Made by a program: the position numbers and the translations under genes. This document shows, in pieces, positions 18,982-26,898 of a stretch of DNA of 64,000 nt. A model generated the notes under the pieces. It searched no databases and was not told the origin of the DNA. It was given only the letters and a program-made list of their open reading frames with translations. The DNA lies in contig OZ244207.1 in assembly GCA_965216875.1 (NCBI GenBank), positions 2,240,001 to 2,304,000 of the forward strand, written 5' to 3'. This DNA comes from Rubripirellula sp. GTDB lineage: Bacteria; Planctomycetota; Planctomycetia; Pirellulales; Pirellulaceae. Within the stretch, counting starts at the first letter, position 1; each line of letters opens with the position of its first letter.

Positions 18982-20028
18982 ATGTCGCCAGAAAAACCGC
19001 TCCCTCGCTACGACCATCGCCAAACCTATCGTTGGAATTACGATCATTCACCTGATCCTGCACAACTTGCTGTTCCCGCGATTTCCGGCGACTGGACCTT
19101 TGCTGGAATACCCGCCGCGTCACCAATTGGCGTTGCCGCAGGACCGCTTCTGAATGGCCGCTGGGTGCTCTACTACGCGTCGCTCGGTTTCGACGTTTTG
19201 ACTTACAAGACCGTGCGGAGCCGCGTTCGCGATTGCTACCCCTTGCCGAATCTGGTGTTCGTTCCCGATACCGACGGATTGGACGAACGTTGTGATGAGA
19301 TGCGTGCAATGGACAGCGGGACGGAGAGTTGGGCGGTCAGCTTTGGGATGCCTTCGAGCTCGCCCGAGATTTGGCGAGCGGACATCGAAAAAACTCGCGA
19401 CGCGCTCCCCGCCTCAAAACGACTGAACGTCTCCGTCGTCGGTTCGACCGAACCTGGATGGTCGCTGCAAGACTTGGCTGACGACTATGCACGCTGCGCT
19501 CGCTGGGCAGTCGAAGCGGGAGCCGACACCGTTGAAGCCAACTTGTCTTGTCCGAACGTCGACACCTGTGACGGGCATCTTTATCAACAGCCGACCGAGG
19601 CCGCGCTGGTAGCCCAAACAATTCGCGACCAAATCGGCGACACGCCTCTTGTGCTGAAAATCGGTCACGTCACAACCGATGATCTCGCTCGAGAACTCTT
19701 AAAGGACGTCTCGCCGTTCGCCAATGCGCTCGCAATGACAAACAGCATTGCTTGCACAGTACGTGATCGCAACGGAGCGTGGTTGTTTGATGGCCAAAAG
19801 CGTGGCATCTGCGGCAAGTCAACCTTGAACGCTTCTCTTGAGCAGGTCCAACGGTTTGCCAAGTTGAAGAGTGTGCTTGCTGTGGACGTGAAACTGATCG
19901 GTGTAGGTGGCGCGTCCAGCGGGACGGACGTGCAAGCGTATCTCGATTGCGGTGCTGAGTCAGTCCAGCTAGCCACCGCCGCAATGCTCGATCCGAAGGT
20001 GGCGATCAAAATCAAACAGGCGTTCTAA
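18982..20028 (+). CDS. Dihydroorotate/dihydropyrimidine dehydrogenase-like FMN TIM-barrel oxidoreductase
   Basis: SPIGVAAGP, LTYKT, EANLSCPN, LVLKIG, MTNS, LIGVGG, GAESVQLATA. Confidence 0.78.
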   Translation: MSPEKPLPRYDHRQTYRWNYDHSPDPAQLAVPAISGDWTFAGIPAASPIGVAAGPLLNGRWVLYYASLGFDVLTYKTVRSRVRDCYPLPNLVFVPDTDGLDERCDEMRAMDSGTESWAVSFGMPSSSPEIWRADIEKTRDALPASKRLNVSVVGSTEPGWSLQDLADDYARCARWAVEAGADTVEANLSCPNVDTCDGHLYQQPTEAALVAQTIRDQIGDTPLVLKIGHVTTDDLARELLKDVSPFANALAMTNSIACTVRDRNGAWLFDGQKRGICGKSTLNASLEQVQRFAKLKSVLAVDVKLIGVGGASSGTDVQAYLDCGAESVQLATAAMLDPKVAIKIKQAF

Positions 20029-20038
20029 CCGCCTTCTT

Positions 20039-20145
20039 GTAGTGGACGAGGCAACGAGTCCCCGAATCGTGTGTTGGATTGCGAAGGACTCGTGGCCTCG
20101 TCCACTACGGATATTGCGAAGGACTCGTGGCCTCGTCCACTACGG
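20039..20145. repeat. REP cluster, family B: one forward and two reverse copies, including a 33-bp direct duplication
   Basis: GTAGTGGACGAGGCAACGAGTCC at 20039-20061; ATTGCGAAGGACTCGTGGCCTCGTCCACTACGG at 20078-20110 and 20113-20145. Confidence 0.88.
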
Positions 20146-20300
20146 CTCCCTTTTTCTGACTTTTTTTCGGCGTCGATGTAAGAAGGCCTGCTGACTCGGG
20201 TACTAACCGGGCAAACAGGACTATTCCCGTCGCAGCATTGACAAGCTTTGTCGATTCCTGCTGCCACGTCTTCTCGTCTTCAAGTCAAAGGGCTCTCGGT

Positions 20301-22142
20301 ATGTCACGACGCAGAACACCTCTTCGCAAACAATCGCGGAAACGCAACACCGCGCAACGCCGATCATCACGACGATCGCTCAGTTTCCAGGGACTTGAAG
20401 ATCGGCGAGTACTCGCGGCGGCTCTGACCGCAGGCGGTGTGTTGGTGGTCGAAGCAAACGATGAGCCGAACGAGATCGTGGTCTGGGCAAACAAAGAAAC
20501 CAACACACTGGTCGTTAGTCTTGATGGCAACGAATTCGAATTCCAAGACGATGCCGTACGCAGGATCGACGTCTCAGGCAACGGCGGCAACGACGTGATC
20601 GGAATCCGCGATAGCGTCACTCAACGAACCGTCCTCGATGGCGGCGATGGCAACGACACAATCGTTGGTAGCCAGCAGGCCGACCAAATCTCCGGCGGAC
20701 GCGGTAACGACCGCCTCGGTGGACGTGGCGGCAGTGACCGAATCGACGGCGGCGCGGGCAACGACGCCATTTCCGGTGGCGATGGGTCCGACAGCATCCA
20801 GGGAGGCGTCGGTAGCGACAACATTCGTGGTGGCGCCGGAAACGATCGGATCTTGGGCGATCCTCTTGAGAATGATCGCGCCGACGATTCGGACGCCGAT
20901 GCCGAACGCAGCCTCGAAGATGCTGTCGAGCGCAGCGTCGATGCTGGTGGCGGGGCAACGCACGAAGGCGACTTGGTTTCCGCAGAACCAGTCGACGATC
21001 GGCCTGATGTTGAACCGCCAGCTCCTACTTTCAATGACTTGATCTTTGGTGGCGAAGGCAACGATTCGATTCGCGCCGGCGTTGGCCACGATCGCGTTTT
21101 CGCCGGACCAGGACGAGACTCAGTCTCAGGGGGCGCCGGATCCGACTGGATCGAAGGCGGCGAAGGAAACGATCGCCTTTCAGGTGACACAGGCGCTGAC
21201 GTCATCTTCGGTGGCGCGGGCAACGATCGAATCCAAGGTGGGCGCGGTGGTGACTACCTAATTGGTGGCGCAGGAGGAGATGCCATTCGTGGTGGGGCCG
21301 GCAACGATTGGGTCTGGGGCGACGCCACAAACGAGTACCCCGAGGGCTACACCGATCCTGTCGCCTACACCATCGACTTCGTGAATCGCAATCGCGGACG
21401 CGACCGCATCTCTGGCGATGCAGGCAACGACATTTTGCTTGGCGGCAATTCGGCCGATGCCATTCGTGGTGGAGCGGGCAATGACATTGCCGTCGGCGGC
21501 GAAGGAAACGACCGCATCTCGGGCGGTGCAGGAAACGATGTGATCCTTGGCGATTGGCGTTTCGAACCATCCAACGACGATCCTGATCAAACCGAAGCAT
21601 TCGAAGCCGCCGATCAACTGGTCCGAGATGTCGCGGCGGCACGCGAAGCCGATGTCAACGACGAAGCATCTGAGATCCGTCGCTCCTTTAACGACCGAAT
21701 CTCAGGCGGCCAAGGGAACGACTTGATCTTTGGCATGCACGGTCGCGACCGCATTGCCGGCGGCAGTGGCAACGACATGCTCTATGGTGGACGTGATCAT
21801 GACGTGATTCGTGGCGGCCGGGGCGACGACACCCTTTCCGGCGGACTCGGCAACGATCGACTCGCCGGCGGCGTTGGCAACGACCGAATGGGCGGCGGTG
21901 CAGGGAATGATCGAATGGACGGAGGACGCGGCAATGACATCATGCTCGGCGGCTTGGGCAACGACCTGATGTATGGCCGAGACGGCGATGACTTGTTGGT
22001 CGGTGGTGCCGGCAACGACTCGCTCATCGGCGGTCGCGGTGCTGATGAAATCAAGGCGCGCGACGGTGAGGTCGACCGAATTCTGGCCGATGAATTCGAC
22101 GACATCGAAGCAGACGACGAAGACATCATCGTGCTCCGCTAA
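20301..22142 (+). CDS. RTX/hemolysin-type calcium-binding repeat protein with planctomycete extracellular motif
   Basis: RSLSFQGLEDRRVLAA followed by dozens of GGxGNDxIx nonapeptides in blocks separated by acidic linkers. Confidence 0.9.
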   Translation: MSRRRTPLRKQSRKRNTAQRRSSRRSLSFQGLEDRRVLAAALTAGGVLVVEANDEPNEIVVWANKETNTLVVSLDGNEFEFQDDAVRRIDVSGNGGNDVIGIRDSVTQRTVLDGGDGNDTIVGSQQADQISGGRGNDRLGGRGGSDRIDGGAGNDAISGGDGSDSIQGGVGSDNIRGGAGNDRILGDPLENDRADDSDADAERSLEDAVERSVDAGGGATHEGDLVSAEPVDDRPDVEPPAPTFNDLIFGGEGNDSIRAGVGHDRVFAGPGRDSVSGGAGSDWIEGGEGNDRLSGDTGADVIFGGAGNDRIQGGRGGDYLIGGAGGDAIRGGAGNDWVWGDATNEYPEGYTDPVAYTIDFVNRNRGRDRISGDAGNDILLGGNSADAIRGGAGNDIAVGGEGNDRISGGAGNDVILGDWRFEPSNDDPDQTEAFEAADQLVRDVAAAREADVNDEASEIRRSFNDRISGGQGNDLIFGMHGRDRIAGGSGNDMLYGGRDHDVIRGGRGDDTLSGGLGNDRLAGGVGNDRMGGGAGNDRMDGGRGNDIMLGGLGNDLMYGRDGDDLLVGGAGNDSLIGGRGADEIKARDGEVDRILADEFDDIEADDEDIIVLR

Positions 22143-22179
22143 TCACCGCGTGCCTCAACGAGGAATCCTCGTCCCCGAT

Positions 22180-22222
22180 GCAAACGCCCTTTCGGATTCG
22201 TTTCGAAGGGGCGTTTTGCTTT
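22180..22222 (+). terminator. Probable intrinsic terminator after the RTX gene
   Basis: AAACGCCCTTTCGG / TCGAAGGGGCGTTT stem followed by a T-rich tail. Confidence 0.6.
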
Positions 22223-22398
22223 GAAGTGGGCGACAAAACGAACAGTGAAACACGCAGTGAAACAGCAATGCCGGTAAACGGTAACAATTGATTGGCCTTT
22301 ATCGTCTCGACGTACCGTCGTGTGTTTGCGACGCGCGTTGTGACGATTAACGGGTAGGTTCCCTTCATTCCGAATCTGCTGGTTATGGCCCAAAACCT

Positions 22399-23013
22399 AT
22401 GATCCGCCTGCTTGTACTCTCGACTGCGATCTCGGCTCTGGCACTTTCACCCGTGCTGGCGGGCGAGAATATTTCGACCCATTCGTTCCATTTCAGCGAT
22501 GCACCGGGCGCGGAACAGGAAGTGGAACTCGAGGCAGTTCCGGTCGAATTGCTGCAAAGTCCTTCCGAAATGGTGGAAGTGATCGAAGAACCTTCTCATT
22601 GCCGTCCAAAAATCTGCCGCGGCGTGTGCAAAGACCCGGGCCACCCCAAAAAGCCACTGATCGACAAACCGGGCGATCGCAACCGAGGTGACTGCCCACC
22701 GCTCCGTTATCGAATGCCCGATTGCAAGCGAGCCGGTAATCCACACTGCGTCGCGTGGTGGGCCAAATGTGGTGTTGACGGAAAATATGGAGCCTGGTTC
22801 GTCGGTGGTGGCTCACCCTTCCCTCGTGGTCGCTGTCGCAAACTAAGCGAAGGAACTTGGGGACTCGACTACAAGGGACTCTTTGGCCACAGCCGCGTGT
22901 GGTTGAACTACACACGCCACGATCGCAAACAGGGTGGCGAAGGCGCCTACGAAACCGACGGCGAACCGGAATTCGTGAAAAAGGCACACAGCTTCCTCGG
23001 GCTAGGTCACTAA
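22399..23013 (+). CDS. Secreted Cys/Trp/Gly-rich hypothetical protein
   Basis: Signal peptide MIRLLVLSTAISALALSPVLA; 8 Cys; WFVGGG, GTWGLDY, QGGEGAYETDG. Confidence 0.75.
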   Translation: MIRLLVLSTAISALALSPVLAGENISTHSFHFSDAPGAEQEVELEAVPVELLQSPSEMVEVIEEPSHCRPKICRGVCKDPGHPKKPLIDKPGDRNRGDCPPLRYRMPDCKRAGNPHCVAWWAKCGVDGKYGAWFVGGGSPFPRGRCRKLSEGTWGLDYKGLFGHSRVWLNYTRHDRKQGGEGAYETDGEPEFVKKAHSFLGLGH

Positions 23014-23029
23014 CACGCACGAGACTGAC

Positions 23030-23228
23030 GTAGGGTGTGTGCTTGCACGCACCTCGTTTCTTTCTCGTACTCGTACTCAGGGCGCAGCCCAGTACTCGTC
23101 CTCCAATGAGGCGGGGCTGTTCGATCAGCCGCTTGAGATTCCCGCAGGCCGGAATCGATAACGAGTACGAGTACGAGTGCCGCGATGCCGAGCGGGATCG
23201 CTCTGGTGCGTGCAAGCACACACCCTAC
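23030..23228. repeat. Composite REP element: family A arms enclosing a nested (CTCGTA)n/(TACGAG)n inverted repeat
   Basis: Arms at 23030-23053 and 23205-23228 are identical to those at 18093 and 18128; inner CTCGTACTCGTACTC (23064-23078) and GAGTACGAGTACGAG (23163-23177). Confidence 0.88.
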
Positions 23229-23230
23229 AT

Positions 23231-23743
23231 CTAAGGACCTTCGAACCGTTGATCCACGATCGGCGTGTCGGGTAGCAACTCGATTCGATTGAGATCGACG
23301 ATCTTGCCGTCAACAACAAGTTCGATCGTTGTGGTGAGATCCCAGCGAGACTTCTTTGCGGCCTCGGTTTGCGCGTCAGCGCCTCGCTGATGATCAGGCG
23401 GGCATCGGATGCGAACTCCCGCCTCGATTCGGCCGAGCGACGCATAGGGACTCGCTTTCAAAACGAGAGGTGCTCCCTCGGTCTTGACTCTTAGCAGCTG
23501 AGGCCATGCCGCTTCAAACGAATCGCGGTCGTCAAAGGGAATATCGTAGAGCGTGATATTCAATAGGCCGCCTTGAAGTGTCGTCGCCTGTTCGCGAAGC
23601 GGTTCCAGGGGCTTCGGCCAGCTCTCCGGCCAATGCCCTCCCTTCGATACGCCCCAATCGCCAAAACTCGTTTGACCCGGAACCATTGCAAATAACGCAA
23701 AGCCAAGCGGAAAGGCGATCAACGGAATGGGATGGAGTGACAC
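23231..23743 (-). CDS. Hypothetical exported protein
   Basis: GTG at 23743 preceded by AAGGA; hydrophobic N-terminus; WPESWPKPLEPLR..FEAAWPQLL..IELVVDGKIVDLNRIELLPDTPIVDQRF. Confidence 0.7.
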   Translation of the reverse strand: MSLHPIPLIAFPLGFALFAMVPGQTSFGDWGVSKGGHWPESWPKPLEPLREQATTLQGGLLNITLYDIPFDDRDSFEAAWPQLLRVKTEGAPLVLKASPYASLGRIEAGVRIRCPPDHQRGADAQTEAAKKSRWDLTTTIELVVDGKIVDLNRIELLPDTPIVDQRFEGP

Positions 23744-23928
23744 GGCTTGGTTCCTTTCTGTACGACGAAAAGTGCCCTCGTTATGAAGACTCAACGGCAC
23801 TGTAGCCGTTTTCTTAGTTGCGATCTGCCAAAATGGTCTCCGAACTTCATCGATGCTGCGTCCATTCCGGATGTCTGCCGGAAAGGTTAGAGTGTTCGGG
23901 CGATTCCCGATTGTCCCAGGTTCATGCA

Positions 23929-26733
23929 ATGGCTCAAACAACTGGCGAACTTTTTCCCGAAACGAAAAAGCTCTTCTTGCTCGACGGTATGGCGCTCACC
24001 TACCGTGCTCACTTCGCCCTCATCCGCAGTCCGCGTTACACGTCGTCGGGGATGTGTACCTCGGGCGTTTTCGGGATCGCCAACACGGTGATGGAACTCT
24101 TGCGGCGTGAGGAACCGACTCACATCGCCGTCGCCTTCGACACTCCCGAACCCACTCAGCGACACATTGCCTTTCCCGAGTACAAGGCGCAGCGCGATGC
24201 GATGCCCGAAGATATCGGTGAACAGCTTCCCTACATCGACAAACTGTTCGACGCCTTCAACATTCCGGTGATTCGCATGCCTGGGTACGAGGCGGACGAC
24301 ATCATCGGAACCTTGGCGCACCAAGCCGCGTCCGACGGATTCCAAACGTGGATGGTGACCCCCGACAAAGATTACGACCAACTTGTTGGCGATGACGTCT
24401 TCATCTACAAGCCGGGGCGACGCGGCGGCGACGCCGAAGTCATCAAGGTCGACCAGGTGCTTGAAAAGTGGGGCATCGAACGTGTTGACCAAGTGATCGA
24501 CATTCTCGGACTCATGGGGGATAGCAGCGACAACATTCCCGGTGTGCCTGGCATCGGTCCAAAGACGGCTCAAAAACTGATCGCTCAGTTTGGGTCCGTC
24601 GAAGAGTTGCTCAAGAACACTGAAAAGTTAAAAGGAAAGCAGAAGGAACGCGTCGAGGAAAACGCCGACATGGCGACACTTTCCAAGCAATTGGTCACCA
24701 TCCAATTGGACGTGCCACATGAGGTTCAGCTCGGTCAACTCCAGGCACGCGACTATGACGAGGAGAAGCTGAAAGAGCTTTTCATGGAGTTGGAGTTCGA
24801 CACCCTTGGCAAGAAACTGTTCGGCAAGTCGTTTTCTTCGGCTACGAACCGATCGAAAGTGATTCGCGAAAAGCGCGAATCAGAAATCCAAGCGACGCTC
24901 TTTGATGAACCGGTCGAAGAAAAGACAATCGCTGACGTCAAACACGACTACAAGACCGTCGCGACGGCCGACGAGCGAGCTCAACTGATCGAAGAACTGT
25001 TGAGGCAAAAAGCGATCTGCTTCGACACCGAAACCACAGGCCTCAACGCACGTGAAGCCTTTCCGCTTGGCTTGGCATTCTCGTTCAAGCCACACACCGG
25101 CTACTACGTCGTGTGTCCCGATGATGCCGAGGAAGCTCAGGCGGTTCTGGAAGAGTTTCGAAGCGTGTTCGAATCGGATTCGATCGCGAAAATAGGGCAC
25201 AACCTGAAATATGACGTCACGCTGCTCAAGTGGCACGGCATCGAAGTGCGTGGCGAGCTGTTCGACACCATGCTTGCCCATTCGATGAAAGAACCCGAGA
25301 TGCGGCACGGCCTCGACTACTTGTCGAAGCTCTATCTCGGCTACAAACCGATCCCCACATCCGATTTGATCGGCGAAAAAGGTCCCGATCAGAAGAACAT
25401 GCGCGAAGTCGACGTCGACAAAGTCGCTCAATACGCCTGCGAAGATTCCGACGTTACGCTGCAGGTAGCCAACGTGATTCGCCCCGACATCGACGAACGC
25501 GGCGTGAGCCAGGTCTGTTACGAAGTCGAGTGCCCGCTGATTCCAGTCTTGGTCGAAATGGAATACGAAGGCATCCGACTGGACACAGAAGCCCTTTCGG
25601 TTTTCTCCAAGAAACTTGACGCAGAAATCGAGTCACTCGCCAGCGGAATCTTCGGAGCAGCAGGTCACGAATTCAATATCGATTCGCCCAAACAGCTCGG
25701 TGTCGTCCTCTATGAAGAACTTGAGCTCGAAAAGAATCCCAAACGCACTTCAACAGGCCAATACTCCACTCGCGAAGCTGAACTTGAACGGCTCTCGGGC
25801 AAGCATCAAATCATTGCTGATGTACTGGACTACCGAAACGCTCGAAAACTCAAGTCCACCTACGTCGATCAGCTTCCTCTTGCGGTGAATCCAAACACCG
25901 GTCGCCTGCACACGCACTATAGCCAAGCATGGACCGCGACCGGGCGCATGCAGTCGAACGATCCCAACCTGCAGACGATTCCCGTCCGCAAGGAACGTGG
26001 CCGCGATATTCGGGCAGCGTTTGTCCCTCGCGATGACGACCACCTTCTGCTGAGTGCCGACTATTCGCAAATCGAACTTCGTGTGATGGCCGAACTAAGT
26101 GGCGACGAAGGAATGATGCAAGCGTTCCAAAAAAAGGAAGACATTCACACCGTCACCGCTTCGAAAGTCTACAAGGTCGATCCTGCTGACGTCACGCGCG
26201 AAATGCGAGACAAAGCCAAGACGGTGAACTTCGGGATCATCTACGGCATTTCAGCATTCGGGCTGCAACAACGGCTGAACATTCCACGAGCCGAGGCCAA
26301 TGACCTGATCAACAATTACTTCGAAAAGTACCCTGGCGTTCGAAGCTACATTGACGAAACAATCGAGTTCGCACGTGAGAATGGGTTTGTGGTGACGCGA
26401 ACAGGGCGACGACGCGAGTTGCGTGACATCAACTCGCGCAGCCGAACACTCGCAAATGCTGCCGAGCGACTCGCAATGAATAGTCCCATTCAAGGGACGG
26501 CGGCCGACATCTTGAAGCTCGCAATGATCAAAGTGCATCGAGCACTTCGCGAAGGCGATTTCAAAACCAAAATGTTGCTAACCGTTCACGACGAAATCGT
26601 TTTCGACCTGCACAAAAGCGAACAAGAGACGGTTCTGCCGGTGATCGAACAAGCAATGACGTCGACCTTGCCAATGACCGTCCCAATCGTCGTCGAGATG
26701 GGAGTCGGCGCCAATTGGCTGGAAGCGCATTAG
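23929..26733 (+). CDS. polA: DNA polymerase I
   Basis: 5'-3' exonuclease (LLDG, YKAQR, EADD, GDSSDNIPGVPGIGPKTA); 3'-5' exonuclease (FDTETT, HNLKYD, YACED); polymerase motifs ADYSQIELR, KTVNFGIIYG, VHDE. Confidence 0.98.
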   Translation: MAQTTGELFPETKKLFLLDGMALTYRAHFALIRSPRYTSSGMCTSGVFGIANTVMELLRREEPTHIAVAFDTPEPTQRHIAFPEYKAQRDAMPEDIGEQLPYIDKLFDAFNIPVIRMPGYEADDIIGTLAHQAASDGFQTWMVTPDKDYDQLVGDDVFIYKPGRRGGDAEVIKVDQVLEKWGIERVDQVIDILGLMGDSSDNIPGVPGIGPKTAQKLIAQFGSVEELLKNTEKLKGKQKERVEENADMATLSKQLVTIQLDVPHEVQLGQLQARDYDEEKLKELFMELEFDTLGKKLFGKSFSSATNRSKVIREKRESEIQATLFDEPVEEKTIADVKHDYKTVATADERAQLIEELLRQKAICFDTETTGLNAREAFPLGLAFSFKPHTGYYVVCPDDAEEAQAVLEEFRSVFESDSIAKIGHNLKYDVTLLKWHGIEVRGELFDTMLAHSMKEPEMRHGLDYLSKLYLGYKPIPTSDLIGEKGPDQKNMREVDVDKVAQYACEDSDVTLQVANVIRPDIDERGVSQVCYEVECPLIPVLVEMEYEGIRLDTEALSVFSKKLDAEIESLASGIFGAAGHEFNIDSPKQLGVVLYEELELEKNPKRTSTGQYSTREAELERLSGKHQIIADVLDYRNARKLKSTYVDQLPLAVNPNTGRLHTHYSQAWTATGRMQSNDPNLQTIPVRKERGRDIRAAFVPRDDDHLLLSADYSQIELRVMAELSGDEGMMQAFQKKEDIHTVTASKVYKVDPADVTREMRDKAKTVNFGIIYGISAFGLQQRLNIPRAEANDLINNYFEKYPGVRSYIDETIEFARENGFVVTRTGRRRELRDINSRSRTLANAAERLAMNSPIQGTAADILKLAMIKVHRALREGDFKTKMLLTVHDEIVFDLHKSEQETVLPVIEQAMTSTLPMTVPIVVEMGVGANWLEAH

Positions 26734-26739
26734 ATCCTT

Positions 26740-26767
26740 GTCGCCTTTCGCTCCGCGACAGTAGCGT
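26740..26767. repeat. REP-like element, family D (GTCGCCTTTCGCTCCGCGAAAGTAGCGT)
   Basis: One mismatch to 45838-45865; related reverse copy at 60922-60949. Confidence 0.75.
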
Positions 26768-26823
26768 CTACGAACGAAACTTTGGCTTGGCAGAAGCCGA
26801 GGTTTTCGGGGCATGGGGCCCCT

Positions 26824-26862
26824 GCCGGATCTGCGTCGCTGTCGCTCCTTGATCCGGCCTAC
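26824..26862. repeat. REP-like hairpin reading GTAGGCCGGATCAAGGAGCG on the minus strand
   Basis: GCCGGATC...GATCCGGC inverted repeat ending in CTAC; between convergent genes; single copy in this window. Confidence 0.55.
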
Positions 26863-26898
26863 GCCTACGTGCCTGGGAAGAACCGATGACAGCGGACG

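Noticed and set aside
20039..20145. Repeated 23-33-bp units as a mini CRISPR array
   Set aside because: Mixed orientation, a 2-bp gap instead of unique spacers, no cas genes, and the same unit occurs alone at 7576; this is a REP cluster.
20301..22142. RTX toxin
   Set aside because: No pore-forming or enzymatic domain and no rtxC or type I secretion genes nearby; only Ca-binding repeats.
22493..23221. 242-aa minus-strand ORF and other ORFs sharing MCLHAP/GACKHTPY peptides (17794, 18098, 23037)
   Set aside because: The shared peptides are translations of the family A repeat, not a protein family.
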